Of a stretch of DNA of 64,000 nt, positions 26,746 through 37,202 are shown one piece after another. Each line of letters starts with the position of its first letter. Positions within the stretch are counted from its first letter, which is position 1. A program made the translations under genes and the position numbers. The notes beneath the pieces are model-generated. The model worked only from the letters and a program-made list of their open reading frames with translations. It had not been told where the DNA came from and searched no databases. This DNA comes from an uncultured Gemmatimonadaceae bacterium. GTDB lineage: Bacteria > Gemmatimonadota > Gemmatimonadetes > Gemmatimonadales > Gemmatimonadaceae. Where the stretch lies: the NCBI GenBank assembly GCA_963781585.1, contig CAWAGQ010000006.1, positions 352,001 through 416,000 of the forward strand, read 5' to 3'.

Positions 26746-27840
26746 ATGCAGCGACTGTTCATGGTGCGCCGCGGCCTGATGGGTGCGCTCGTCGTCTGCG
26801 CCCCGTCGCCCTCCGCACGGGGCCAGACGGCGGGCGCCGGGGCCGTAGTCGAAGCCGAGTTCATCGCGCCGGTCTTCCCGACCGGGTCGGTCCATGCGTC
26901 GACCATTGCCGGGACGCCACAGGGACTCGTGGCCGCGTGGTTCGGCGGAAGCGCGGAAGGCGCGTCCGACGTGGGGATCTGGCTCGCGCGGAAGAGCGGC
27001 GGCACGTGGTCGGCGCCGATCGAGGTCGCCACGGGGGCAGAGCCGGACGGAAGGCGCTACCCGTGCTGGAATCCGGTCCTGTTCCCGGCGTCGCCCGACA
27101 ACCTCCTCCTCTTCTACAAGGTAGGGCCGAGCCCCGGCGAGTGGTGGGGCATGGTGCGCGCGTCACGCGACGGCGGTATCACCTGGAGCGCGCCGCGCCG
27201 TCTCCCGTCGGGCATCCTCGGCCCGATCAAGGACAAGCCGGTGTGGGTCGCCGGCGGCGTCCTCATCGCGCCGAGCAGCACCGAATCGATGGATCGGCCG
27301 AGCCGGTGGCGGATTCACTTCGAGCTCAGCGGCGACACCGGCCGCACGTGGCAGACGGTCGCGCCGGCCAGCCTGCCTGACGACTCCGTGATCGACGCGA
27401 TTCAGCCGAGTGTGCTGGTGCACGCGGACGGCCGGCTCCAGGCCGTCGGTCGCACCCGCAGCGGGCGCATCTTCGAGACGTGGTCGGCCGACACCGGGCG
27501 TACGTGGGAGGCGCTTCGCCTGACGCCGCTTCCCAATCCGAATGCCGGAATCGATGCCGTCACGCTCCGTGACGGACGCCAACTGCTCGTCTACAATCAC
27601 ACCACATCGGGTCGCACACCGCTCAACGTTGCGGTGTCCCGCGACGGAAAGACGTGGGAGGCAGCGCTGGTTCTCGAAAGAGGCCCCGGTGAGTATTCCT
27701 ATCCCGCGGTGATCCAGAGCGCGGACGGGCTTGTGCATATCACCTATACCTGGCAGCGCCGGCGCATCAGACACGTGGTGCTGGATCCGAAGGCACTCGT
27801 GTTACGGCCCATGCCCCACGGCAGCTGGCCGGGGAGGTAG
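26746..27840 (+). CDS. BNR/Asp-box sialidase-family protein
   Basis: Asp boxes SRDGGITWS, SGDTGRTWQ, SADTGRTWE, SRDGKTWE; HASTI, WNPVLF, GPIKDKP, YSYPAVIQ. Start uncertain. Confidence 0.88.
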   Translation: MQRLFMVRRGLMGALVVCAPSPSARGQTAGAGAVVEAEFIAPVFPTGSVHASTIAGTPQGLVAAWFGGSAEGASDVGIWLARKSGGTWSAPIEVATGAEPDGRRYPCWNPVLFPASPDNLLLFYKVGPSPGEWWGMVRASRDGGITWSAPRRLPSGILGPIKDKPVWVAGGVLIAPSSTESMDRPSRWRIHFELSGDTGRTWQTVAPASLPDDSVIDAIQPSVLVHADGRLQAVGRTRSGRIFETWSADTGRTWEALRLTPLPNPNAGIDAVTLRDGRQLLVYNHTTSGRTPLNVAVSRDGKTWEAALVLERGPGEYSYPAVIQSADGLVHITYTWQRRRIRHVVLDPKALVLRPMPHGSWPGR

Positions 27841-27983
27841 GCGTTTCGACGGGCCTTCGGATGGCGATGTCAACGGGAGGAACGTGGAGGGGCGTTGATG
27901 GTAACGGTACCGCTGGCGCGCCGCCGGAGCGAGGGCGACCTTGTGTGCCACACGCGCCGATGCAATTCGACGAGGAGCGCCGC

Positions 27984-29453
27984 ATGACTTCCTGCACCAG
28001 CTCGCTCATGGGACACGCGGCCCACCACATGTTCCTGGGCGCCATGGCCTTCCTCGCCTGCTCGGAGCCGTCGCGCGCGCCCGTCACGCCGACCGACACC
28101 ACGAGCGTGCCGGCCGACCCCTCCGACTGGACGCGCTTCGGCTGGGACGCCGGTCGATCGAGCGCGCCCAATGTCGAGACCGGCATCACCGCCGGCAACG
28201 TCGTGTCGCTGCGCCGACAACAGGTGAGCATCGACGGCACGGTGGACGGGTCGCCCATCTACCTGCACGACGTGCAGGTGGCCGGCGCCGGGCACGACGC
28301 CTTCTTCGTCACCACCACCTACGGCAGGACGCTGGCGGTCGACGCCGACGACGGCACGGTGCTCTGGACCTACACGCCGCCCGGGTACGCGTCCTGGGTG
28401 GGATCGTACCGCATAACGACGGCGACGCCGGTGGCCGATCCCGGACGCGACTTCATCTACGCCGCCTCGCCTGACGGGAAGATCCAGAAGCTCGCGGTCG
28501 CGGACGGGCGCGCCGTCTGGAGCGTCGCCATCACGCTCCTGCCCCAGCGCGAGAAGATCGCGTCGCCGCTCAACTTCTTCCGCGGGCGCGTGATCGCGGC
28601 CACCGGCGGCTACATCGGCGACGCCCCGCCGTACCAGGGGCATGTGGCGATCGTCGACGGATCCAGCGGCGCGCTGCTCCACGTCTGGAACTCGCTCTGC
28701 AGCGACCGGCCCGGGCTCATTCAACCCTCGTCGTGCGCCACGAGCGGCTCGGCGATCTGGGGACGCAATGCCCCGGTGGTGGACACGACCAGCGGCGACA
28801 TCTTCGTCGCGACCGGCAATGGTCGGTGGGATGGGCGCACCAACTGGGGTGACGCGGTGCTCGAGCTCGACGCCGATGCCACCCGGGTGGTGGGCAACTA
28901 CACGCCCACCAACACGGCCTCGCTCGACGCGAGCGATGCCGACCTCGGCTCGACGGCGCCCGCGTTGTTAGGCGGCAACCTGATCGCGCAGGGCGGGAAG
29001 GACTCGGACATTCGTTTGCTCGACGTCGCGGCGATGCGCGGGAGCACGGGGCACCAGGACGGGGAAGTGCAGGTGGTGTCGTCGCCGTCGGGCGTGGATC
29101 GCTTCACCGCGCCGGCGGTGCTGCACCGCGGCGCCGAGACGTGGATGTTCACCGCCGACGATGCCGGGACGGCGGCGTGGACCCTGACGGGCGGGCGGCT
29201 GACCGTCGCCTGGCGTAACGGCAATTCAGGCACCAGCCCGGTGGTCGCGGGAGGACTCCTCTTTGTATACGACCCGGGCGGTGGCCTGCGCGCGTACGAC
29301 GCGAGTACGGGACGCCAGATCACGGTGCTCGATTGCGGCCGGGGGCACTGGAACAGCCCGATCATCGTCGACGGGCGGATCGCGCTGCCCGAAGGGAACG
29401 CCAACGATCGTCGGACGAGCGGGGTGCTGGACATCTGGCGCGTGGTGCCGTAG
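27984..29453 (+). CDS. PQQ-binding-like beta-propeller lipoprotein
   Basis: RBS GAGGAG; lipobox FLAC; DWTRFG, DGTVLW, DGRAVW, VATGNG, DADLGS, SPVVAGGLLFV. Confidence 0.8.
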   Translation: MTSCTSSLMGHAAHHMFLGAMAFLACSEPSRAPVTPTDTTSVPADPSDWTRFGWDAGRSSAPNVETGITAGNVVSLRRQQVSIDGTVDGSPIYLHDVQVAGAGHDAFFVTTTYGRTLAVDADDGTVLWTYTPPGYASWVGSYRITTATPVADPGRDFIYAASPDGKIQKLAVADGRAVWSVAITLLPQREKIASPLNFFRGRVIAATGGYIGDAPPYQGHVAIVDGSSGALLHVWNSLCSDRPGLIQPSSCATSGSAIWGRNAPVVDTTSGDIFVATGNGRWDGRTNWGDAVLELDADATRVVGNYTPTNTASLDASDADLGSTAPALLGGNLIAQGGKDSDIRLLDVAAMRGSTGHQDGEVQVVSSPSGVDRFTAPAVLHRGAETWMFTADDAGTAAWTLTGGRLTVAWRNGNSGTSPVVAGGLLFVYDPGGGLRAYDASTGRQITVLDCGRGHWNSPIIVDGRIALPEGNANDRRTSGVLDIWRVVP

Positions 29454-29593
29454 GGCGCACGCGCACTCCCGCCCTCCGGACCATTGCTGAATCGTCCGGG
29501 ACAGGCATCTTTGCGGCACGTCCCCGGAGTCACGGTCCTGCTCCGCAGGCCGGTCGTCCGTCTGCGGTCACCCACACCAAGGAGTACCTCACC

Positions 29594-30004
29594 ATGCGTC
29601 GCCTCATGCCATCGATCGCCGCCCTGATGTTCGGCGTCCTCTCAGCGGGTTGTTATCACGTCATCGTGGACACCGGCGAGAAGCCGTCCGGGCAAACCAT
29701 TTCCAAGCCGTGGGCGCCGTCGTTCATCGATGGACTCGTGCCCCCCTCGGTCGTCGAGACCGCGTCGAAGTGCCCGAACGGAGTCGCCAAGGTCTCGTCG
29801 CAATTGAGCTTTCTCAACCTGCTCGTGGGCGCGGTGACCTTCGGCCTCTTCACGCCGATGCAGATCGACGTGGACTGCTCGACCGGTGCGAAGGCTGGTG
29901 ATGACGCGGCCACGCTTTCCGGCGCTGCGAACCCGACCGCCGCGCTGAACGAGGCAGCGACGCTGGTACGCCGCGACGGGCATCCGGTCTACGTGCGATT
30001 CTAG
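29594..30004 (+). CDS. Bor/Iss-like lipoprotein
   Basis: RBS AAGGAG; lipobox SAGC-YH; KCPNGVAKV...SFLNLLVGAVTFGLFTPMQIDVDC. Confidence 0.75.
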   Translation: MRRLMPSIAALMFGVLSAGCYHVIVDTGEKPSGQTISKPWAPSFIDGLVPPSVVETASKCPNGVAKVSSQLSFLNLLVGAVTFGLFTPMQIDVDCSTGAKAGDDAATLSGAANPTAALNEAATLVRRDGHPVYVRF

Positions 30005-30050
30005 ACCGGCCCGGTCGGCGATCGCTCGTCGTCGGCCGGCCGGAGCGGGT

Positions 30051-30094
30051 TGCGACACGGCGCGCCGCACGATTGTGCGGCGCGCCGTGTCGCA
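30051..30094. terminator. Perfect 20-bp inverted repeat between convergent genes (bidirectional terminator or REP-like)
   Basis: TGCGACACGGCGCGCCGCAC-GATT-GTGCGGCGCGCCGTGTCGCA; no U-tract. Confidence 0.6.
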
Positions 30095-30124
30095 GCCGGA
30101 ACACTTCCGCCGGATCGATTGTCG

Positions 30125-32191
30125 CTACGGCCTCTCGAGCCCCGACGACGTCGCGCGCGTTGTGTTCTTCGAGCTGTAGCGATCGAACCAGCTGCGCAGA
30201 TACAACTGGGTGCGCAGGAAGTTCGAAGGCGTGCTCGACGTGCCATGATACTCGTTGTTCATCCGGATCATGACCGTCGGCGTCCCATGCACCTTGAGCG
30301 CGCGGTAGAACTCCTCGATCTGCGGAATCGGCGTCCGCAGGTCGAGCACTCCGGTCATCAGCATCGTCGGCGTCTTGATGTTGCCCACGTACATGATCGG
30401 TGAGCGCCGGAGGTACTCGCTCGGATCCTCCCAGAACGGCTTCTCGAAATTCTCGTACCACCCCGCGCCGTCGGTCTCCCCCACGAAGCTGATCCAGTCG
30501 ATCACCGGGCAGAGCGCGGCCGCCGCCGCGAAGCGGTCGGTATGGCCCACGGTCCACGCCGTGAGCACGCCGCCGCCCGAGCAGCCGTAGACGAACAGAT
30601 TCTTCGGGTCGATGTATCCGCGGCCGATGACCGTGTCGACGCCGGCCATCAGGTCGTCGAAATCCTTGCCCGGGTACGCGTTCTTGATCTCGTTGGTGAA
30701 CTTCTCGCCGTAGCCGGTGCTGCCGCGCGGATTGGTGTAGAGAATCACGTAGCCGTTGGCGGCGTGATCCTGGCGCGCATAGTTGAATGCCACGTTGTAC
30801 ATCGACTGCGGGCCGCCGTGGATTTCCAGAATCAGCGGGTATTTCTTCGACGCGTCGAAGCCCGGCGGCTTCACGATCCACCCCTGGATCCGCAGGCCGT
30901 CCTTCGACGTGTACCAGATCTCCTCCGTCTGCGCCAGGTCCTTGCCGTGCAGCACGTCGTCATTCACCGCGGTGAGCGGCGTGAACGACGACGTGGTGCC
31001 GGTCCTGGGAACCATGAACGTGTCGATGTCGTTAGGCGTCGTCGGATCGGTCCGGATGCCCACCGCGAGGCCGTTGGCGCCGACGTCGGTGGTCGTCAGC
31101 ACCTGCTTGCCCGCCGTGACGGCGCGCGGGCTGCCCGCGGGCGTCACGAAGTAGAGGTTCTTCGATCCCTCGCTCTCCACACTGAAGTACACGCCGCTGT
31201 TGTCCCGCGCCCAGAATACGCCCGAGATCGGCCGGTCCAGATTCCCCGACACGGCGTGGGCATTCGAGCCGTCGGCGTTCATCATCCACAGCTTCGAGGG
31301 CGCCCAGGCGGAATGGTCGACCGAGTCGGCCGCCATGAACGCGATCAGTTTCCCGTCTCGAGAATACTGGGGCCCGCCACTGGTGCCGGCGCGATGGGTG
31401 AGCTGGCGGATTTCACCGGTCTCGATATTCGCCGCATAGACGTGTGAGGTGCGGAACTGGTCCTCCGCGTTGGGCGAGAGGTTGCCCGAAAACGCCAGCC
31501 ACTTGCCGTCGGCCGAAAAGCTCGCGCCGGAATGATCGAAGTCACCGCTGGTGATCTGGCGGGGCGTCCCCCCATCGGCCGGAATCACGAAGATGTGCCG
31601 GTAGGCTCCATCGGTGAAGCCGACCCGGTCCCGCCGATAGTTCAGCCGCGAAACGATCTTCGGCGGCTCCACCCATTTGGCACCCTTGGGGGGCGCGGGC
31701 ATCGCAATGTGGAAGGTGTCGCGCCATGCCACGTTCATCGTGAACGCGATCGACCGGCCGTCGGGCGACCATTCGAGACCCGAGGGCGACTCGGTGAGGT
31801 GCGAGATCTGCGTGGCCGCACCCTCGGCGTCCATCCAGCGGGTGAAGATCTGCTGGCCGCTCGGCTCCCCCTTCGCGACGTACGCGATGCGCTTGCCGTC
31901 GGGCGACCATGTCACATCGCCGCCCTGCACCAGCTGCCGGGCGTGGGATCCGTCGGCATTCATCAGCCACACCGACGACTCCCAGCGGTCATTCATCTTG
32001 TCCACCCAGCGCCGCGTGAAGATGATCTGCGTGCCGTCGGGTGACAGCTGGGGTGCCTGGACATCCTCCCAGTCGAGGTACTGCTCCAGGACGATGTGAT
32101 TCGACGCCTTCTGTTGCGCCGCGATGGGCGGTGCCATGGCCACGAAAGCCAGGGCCGTCGCCGCGCGGGCGAGCCGCAGGGGGGTGCGCAT
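30125..32191 (-). CDS. S9 family peptidase (dipeptidyl/acylaminoacyl peptidase) with PD40 propeller
   Basis: WSPDG repeats; IHGGP, NPRGSTGYG, GCSGGG nucleophile, DLRTP, EYHG. Confidence 0.93.
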   Translation of the reverse strand: MRTPLRLARAATALAFVAMAPPIAAQQKASNHIVLEQYLDWEDVQAPQLSPDGTQIIFTRRWVDKMNDRWESSVWLMNADGSHARQLVQGGDVTWSPDGKRIAYVAKGEPSGQQIFTRWMDAEGAATQISHLTESPSGLEWSPDGRSIAFTMNVAWRDTFHIAMPAPPKGAKWVEPPKIVSRLNYRRDRVGFTDGAYRHIFVIPADGGTPRQITSGDFDHSGASFSADGKWLAFSGNLSPNAEDQFRTSHVYAANIETGEIRQLTHRAGTSGGPQYSRDGKLIAFMAADSVDHSAWAPSKLWMMNADGSNAHAVSGNLDRPISGVFWARDNSGVYFSVESEGSKNLYFVTPAGSPRAVTAGKQVLTTTDVGANGLAVGIRTDPTTPNDIDTFMVPRTGTTSSFTPLTAVNDDVLHGKDLAQTEEIWYTSKDGLRIQGWIVKPPGFDASKKYPLILEIHGGPQSMYNVAFNYARQDHAANGYVILYTNPRGSTGYGEKFTNEIKNAYPGKDFDDLMAGVDTVIGRGYIDPKNLFVYGCSGGGVLTAWTVGHTDRFAAAAALCPVIDWISFVGETDGAGWYENFEKPFWEDPSEYLRRSPIMYVGNIKTPTMLMTGVLDLRTPIPQIEEFYRALKVHGTPTVMIRMNNEYHGTSSTPSNFLRTQLYLRSWFDRYSSKNTTRATSSGLERP

Positions 32192-32430
32192 GGGGTGCCT
32201 CCGAAGGTGGGCCGAAAAAATGATCCTCTATGGTGCACTTTCCCCTGCCGGGCGGCTAGTGGTGGCATCGCCACAACGGCACTGCCCGTGCGAGCAGGAG
32301 CACCCAGGGCAGGACCGATCGGGCGGTGATTCGGGGAAACGCGGCCACCTCAGGCAGAGCAAGCTGAGCCGCTATCGAAACCGACCCCGTGACCATAGGT
32401 TGCAGCCGCCCACTCCCCACGGCCCCGGAT

Positions 32431-34353
32431 ATGCACAAACTGCTTGCCTTCGCTGCCCCAGCCGTGCTCCTTGCCGCGACGGCCGGGGTGCACCGCGCCC
32501 CCCGCACCACCGCGCCTAACGCCCCGGCGGCGATCGCGCCCAACGACAACCGCCTTCCCGCCGGCACCATGACCAGCGGCGTGTTGGAGGTTCACCTCGA
32601 CGCCCGCCCGGGAGAGTGGCGCCCCTACGGCGGGAACGGCCCGCCGATCACGATCCTCGCCTTCGGCGAGATCGGAAAGTCGCTGCAGACGCCGGGTCCG
32701 CTGATCCGGGTGAAGGCCGGAACCCGCGTTCACGCCACGATCACGAATTCGGCCATCGGTACGCTGGTGGTGCATGGACTGGCCGCGCGTCACCGGGTCG
32801 TGATGGATACCCTCGTCGTCCCCGAGGGAGCGACGCGCGAGGTCACGTTCGTCGCCGCGGACGCCGGGACGTTCTTCTACTGGGGAACGACAACCGGCGT
32901 GTCGTTCAGCGACCGGTACTTCGAGGATGTTCAACTGAATGGCGCCCTGATCGTCGACCCGGTGGGGGCGCCGCCGCGCCCCGATCGCGTCTTCGTGATT
33001 GCCTGGCACATTCCCCAGAAGGAGGCCAACGGGGAGCCCAACTTCACGAACGCGTTCTTCACATTCAACGGCCAGCCCTGGCCGTACACCGAGCGGCTGA
33101 CGTACAACCAGGGCGATTCGGTGCACTGGCGCTTCATCAACACCACCGCCGACGTGCATCCGCTGCACCTCCACGGCTTCTTCTTCCGTATCACCGCGCG
33201 CGGCGATGTGCAGCGCGATACGCTGTACTGGCCCGGACAGGAGCGAATGGCGGTCACGGAGTTGATGGACGAGGGCACCACGATGGACCTCTCGTGGTTC
33301 GCCGAGCGCCCGGGAGCGTGGATCTTCCATTGTCACCTCAACTGGCACGTGGTCCCGAACCCGGTGCTGGGGGCTGACATGGAGTCCGATAGCGCCCGCC
33401 TTCGCGAGTTGTTCGTGGCGCCGGACATGGGCGCGATGCACGACGGCCACGCCATGGGAAACCACGCCGAGACCGGCATGGGCGGCCTGGTGCTGGCGAT
33501 GAACATCAAGCCCTCGGCGACATGGCGGCCCTACACCGGGCCTCGCGAGCGGCTTCGCCTCTACATCCAGAGCGACTCGCAGCCCGGCGATACGGCGCGG
33601 CGGTTCGGATACGCCCTCGCCACGGGGAGCGAGATGCCGGCGCCTGACGCGATCACATGGCCCGGACCGCCCATCATTCTGCACAAGGGGCGCCCCACCA
33701 GCATCCGGGTCATCAACCGTGCGCCCGAGCCGTCACAGGTGCACTGGCACGGCCTCGAGATCGACAGCTACTACGACGGCGTGGCGGGGCTGAGCAGCAA
33801 CGCCGGCATGGTGTCGCCGATGATCATGCCGCGCGATTCGTTCGAGGTCACCGTGACCCCGCCGCGCGCCGGGAGCTTCATGTACCACACCCATATCAAC
33901 GACATGCGGCAGCAGAGCCACGGCCTGTACGGCCCCATCATCGTCCTCGACTCCGCCGAGACGTGGGACCCGCAGCACGACCTGATCTTCCAGACCGGCA
34001 CGGATCCCACGGACAGCCCGATCCTCAACGGAAGCACGTCGCCGCCCGCTCTGACGCTGCACGCGGGAACGCCGTATCGCATCCGGCTGATGAACATCTC
34101 GCTCGACGTGCCGTTCAACGAACTGTGGCTCACGAATTCGCTCGGTGGAGCAGTAGGGTGGATGCCGGTGGCCAAGGACGGCTTCGACCGGCCGACCTGG
34201 CAGCGCACGCCCGTGCTCTCGCGTCAGAGGGTGAGCATCGGCGAGACATACGATTTCCGCGTGACCTTTCCTGCGCCCGGTGAGTACGCAATGACAGGGC
34301 GTCGCGGCAGCGGGTTGGAGTATGCCCGGCAGGAGATCCACGTGGTGAAGTAG
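32431..34353 (+). CDS. Multicopper oxidase-family protein with permuted motif order
   Basis: HPLHLHG and WIFHCHLNWH precede QVHWHG and FMYHTH; two PGPLIRV/PGPPIIL domain starts; signal peptide. Confidence 0.88.
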   Translation: MHKLLAFAAPAVLLAATAGVHRAPRTTAPNAPAAIAPNDNRLPAGTMTSGVLEVHLDARPGEWRPYGGNGPPITILAFGEIGKSLQTPGPLIRVKAGTRVHATITNSAIGTLVVHGLAARHRVVMDTLVVPEGATREVTFVAADAGTFFYWGTTTGVSFSDRYFEDVQLNGALIVDPVGAPPRPDRVFVIAWHIPQKEANGEPNFTNAFFTFNGQPWPYTERLTYNQGDSVHWRFINTTADVHPLHLHGFFFRITARGDVQRDTLYWPGQERMAVTELMDEGTTMDLSWFAERPGAWIFHCHLNWHVVPNPVLGADMESDSARLRELFVAPDMGAMHDGHAMGNHAETGMGGLVLAMNIKPSATWRPYTGPRERLRLYIQSDSQPGDTARRFGYALATGSEMPAPDAITWPGPPIILHKGRPTSIRVINRAPEPSQVHWHGLEIDSYYDGVAGLSSNAGMVSPMIMPRDSFEVTVTPPRAGSFMYHTHINDMRQQSHGLYGPIIVLDSAETWDPQHDLIFQTGTDPTDSPILNGSTSPPALTLHAGTPYRIRLMNISLDVPFNELWLTNSLGGAVGWMPVAKDGFDRPTWQRTPVLSRQRVSIGETYDFRVTFPAPGEYAMTGRRGSGLEYARQEIHVVK

Positions 34354-34454
34354 AGGCCGCGCCGGATGGATTGATCTGCCACAGACCGCTCGATCCGACT
34401 GATGTCGGCTGGCATCTGCGCGCTCGGTTTGACAACCGAGCGCTGATCGCTGAC

Positions 34455-37199
34455 CTACTCTTCCCGCAGCGCCACCACCGGTGCCACCCGCGAGGCACGC
34501 CACGCGGGCAGAAGGGCCGCGACCACGCCGCACGTCCCGAGCACCACGAGCGCGATGGTCAGTGACACCGGATCGGTGGTCCCGACACCGTGCAGCTGGT
34601 TCCGCAATAGCCGGGACGCTGCCAGCGCCAGCGGCACGCCCACCACCACCCCCACCGCCACCAGGCGCATCGCGTCGCCCAGCACCATGCCGATCACCGT
34701 GCCGCGTCCAGCGCCTAACGCCACACGCAGTCCGATCTCGCCGGTGCGCCGGGTGATGGCGTAGGTCATCACGCCGTACAATCCCACCGCCGCCAGCAGC
34801 AGTGCCATCACGCCGAACCCGCTGGCCAGCCTCGCCAACAGCCGTTCCTCGCGCACCGACTCCCGCATCAGCGCCGACAGCGGCTCGAGGTCGTCGATCG
34901 GGAGATCGTGGTCGAACTCCCCGACGGCTCGGCGTACCGCGACCGACAGCGCCGCCGGATCGCCGCGGGTACGGACCAGCAGCCGCAATGCCCCGGGGTC
35001 GCCGAACAGATGCTGCAGGTAGGGCACGTAGTAGCGCGCCACCGGCTCGCCAACGAGGGTGTGGTCCTTCACGTCGGCCACGAGCCCCACGATACGAGCG
35101 TGCGTGGAGTCGTTCACGCGAATAACCCGCCCTACCGGGTTCTCCCCCCTGAAATAGAACCGCGCAAATGTCTGGTTCACGAGCAGGACCGGCTGGGTGC
35201 CGGGCAGGTCCGTGTCGCTGAAATCGCGACCTGAAGCCAGGCGCGCCCCGATGGCATTCGCGTAACCCGGGCCCACCTCGTCGTATCGCACGATCGAATC
35301 GGTGCGCTCGTGCGCCACGAAGCCCGGCACGCCCAGATTGCTGGCCGATTCGCTGCCGCTGAAGATGCCGTTCGCCGAAAAGCTCACCGCCTCCACGCCG
35401 GGCACACGCGCGAGCCGCTCGCGCAGGTCGTGACTCACCTGCATCAACTTGTCACCGAGGTAGTTGCGCGAATAGACGTCCACGTCGGCAATCAGCAGGT
35501 GATCGCGATCGAGGCCGGTGTCGGATCCCTGCAGGTGCTGCAGGCTGCGCACCAGGAGCGCGGTGCCGACCAGCAGCACGAGCGACAGCGCCATCTGCGC
35601 CGAGATCAGCACCTTTCCTACCGGAATGCGCTGCCCGCGCGCGCCCAGCCCTCCGCCGCTCAGCGACCTGGCGCTGGCCCGCATCGCCGAGGCCAGGTCG
35701 ACCCGCGAGGCCCGCAGCGCGGGCGCCAGCGCGAACAGCGCCACCGCCAGCGCCGACAAGGACGCGGTAAACACCAGTACCGGCACGTCGAGTGCGACGT
35801 CGAGGGGAAGCGCGGTCCCGCCGTCGGCCACCAGCGCGAGCAAGAGCCGGCTTCCCCAACGCGCTACCACCAACCCGGCCGCGGCGCCGAGCAGGCCGAG
35901 CACCGCCCCTTCGGTCATCAGCTGACGCACCAGGCGGACGCGCCCGGCGCCGATCGCCATGCGCACGCTCATCTCCCGGCCTCGCGTCACCGCGCGCGCC
36001 AGCAGCAGGTTGGCGACATTTGCGCAGATGATGAGCAGCAGCACGCCCACTCCCACCGAGAGCGTGATGAGCGGCGCCTGGTAGGAGACCCGGACGTTCG
36101 ACAATCCCTTCGCTCCTGATGACACCCAGATGCGCATCTTGTCGATGCCCTCCGCCGTCGCGGCGCTGGTCGCCTGACGGATGAGCAGCTGTCGAATCCG
36201 CTGGGTGAGGCCAGCCTCGGCCTGGGCGAACGTCACCCCGGCCTTCCGGCGGCCAAGAAGCAGCAGCCAGTAGGCCTCGGTGTCGTTCAGCATCGGGCGG
36301 CCGGGATAGAGCACAGACTGCATGCTGATCGGCAGCCAGACATCGGTGGTGCGTCCGACGATCTCGCCGCTGAACCAGGGTGGCGCGACCCCGATGATCG
36401 TGAAGCGTGATCCGTTGATGAGTACGTTACGGCCGATCACGCGGTCGTCGCCCGAGAACCGCCGGATCCAGTAGCTGTGGCTGATCACGACCACCGGCGA
36501 GCCGCCGATCGTCTGATCCTCGCTCCCGTCGAAGATGCGGCCGCGCACCGCCGGCACACCAAGCACGCGAAAGTAGTTCCCCGACACGAACCGCCCGCGC
36601 GGGTGACCGGCTTCGGTGGCTCCCGAATCCGTCAACAGGTCCAGCCGGTCCATTCGCCCCGATGCCGCGAGCCCGGAGAGAAACTCGTGATCACGCGCCA
36701 GCTCGCGATAGCTCGGGTAGCTGAAGAGGTCCGACCGGGCGCTGGTGCTGAACGACATGCCGCCGGTGCGGGACGGATCGCCGAGCGCCACCAGCTCATC
36801 GGGCGCGGTCACCGGCAGCTTTCGCAGCAACACCGCGTTCACCAGCGTGAAGATTGCGGTGTTGGCCCCGATGCCTAACGCCAACGTCACGACGACCACC
36901 GCGGTGACCCCGGCATTGCGGCGCAGCATGCGCCAGGCGTAGGCCAGATCCTGGCGCAGGTCGGTCAGCAGATTCGCGCGATTCATCGCACGCTCCCGTT
37001 CCTGGTCCATGGCGATGCACGACCCACGCACCCGGTCCACGTCACCAAAGCGCTCACGGGCCCTGCGATACGCCTCATCGGGCGCCAAGCCCTGCGCGAT
37101 GAGCTTGCGCGCCCGCATCTCGATGTGGAACGACAACTCGTCGTCCACCTCGCGACCGATGTGGCCGTGCCCGAACCCGCGTCCCACCGCTCGCCGCAT
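34455..37199 (-). CDS. ADOP-type duplicated ABC permease (MacB/FtsX)
   Basis: EVDDELSFHIEM prefix domain; LALGIGANTAIF; LLIICANVANLLLARA; GLYGVMTYAITRRTGEIGLRVALGA. Confidence 0.93.
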   Translation of the reverse strand: MRRAVGRGFGHGHIGREVDDELSFHIEMRARKLIAQGLAPDEAYRRARERFGDVDRVRGSCIAMDQERERAMNRANLLTDLRQDLAYAWRMLRRNAGVTAVVVVTLALGIGANTAIFTLVNAVLLRKLPVTAPDELVALGDPSRTGGMSFSTSARSDLFSYPSYRELARDHEFLSGLAASGRMDRLDLLTDSGATEAGHPRGRFVSGNYFRVLGVPAVRGRIFDGSEDQTIGGSPVVVISHSYWIRRFSGDDRVIGRNVLINGSRFTIIGVAPPWFSGEIVGRTTDVWLPISMQSVLYPGRPMLNDTEAYWLLLLGRRKAGVTFAQAEAGLTQRIRQLLIRQATSAATAEGIDKMRIWVSSGAKGLSNVRVSYQAPLITLSVGVGVLLLIICANVANLLLARAVTRGREMSVRMAIGAGRVRLVRQLMTEGAVLGLLGAAAGLVVARWGSRLLLALVADGGTALPLDVALDVPVLVFTASLSALAVALFALAPALRASRVDLASAMRASARSLSGGGLGARGQRIPVGKVLISAQMALSLVLLVGTALLVRSLQHLQGSDTGLDRDHLLIADVDVYSRNYLGDKLMQVSHDLRERLARVPGVEAVSFSANGIFSGSESASNLGVPGFVAHERTDSIVRYDEVGPGYANAIGARLASGRDFSDTDLPGTQPVLLVNQTFARFYFRGENPVGRVIRVNDSTHARIVGLVADVKDHTLVGEPVARYYVPYLQHLFGDPGALRLLVRTRGDPAALSVAVRRAVGEFDHDLPIDDLEPLSALMRESVREERLLARLASGFGVMALLLAAVGLYGVMTYAITRRTGEIGLRVALGAGRGTVIGMVLGDAMRLVAVGVVVGVPLALAASRLLRNQLHGVGTTDPVSLTIALVVLGTCGVVAALLPAWRASRVAPVVALREE

Positions 37200-37202
37200 G
37201 GA

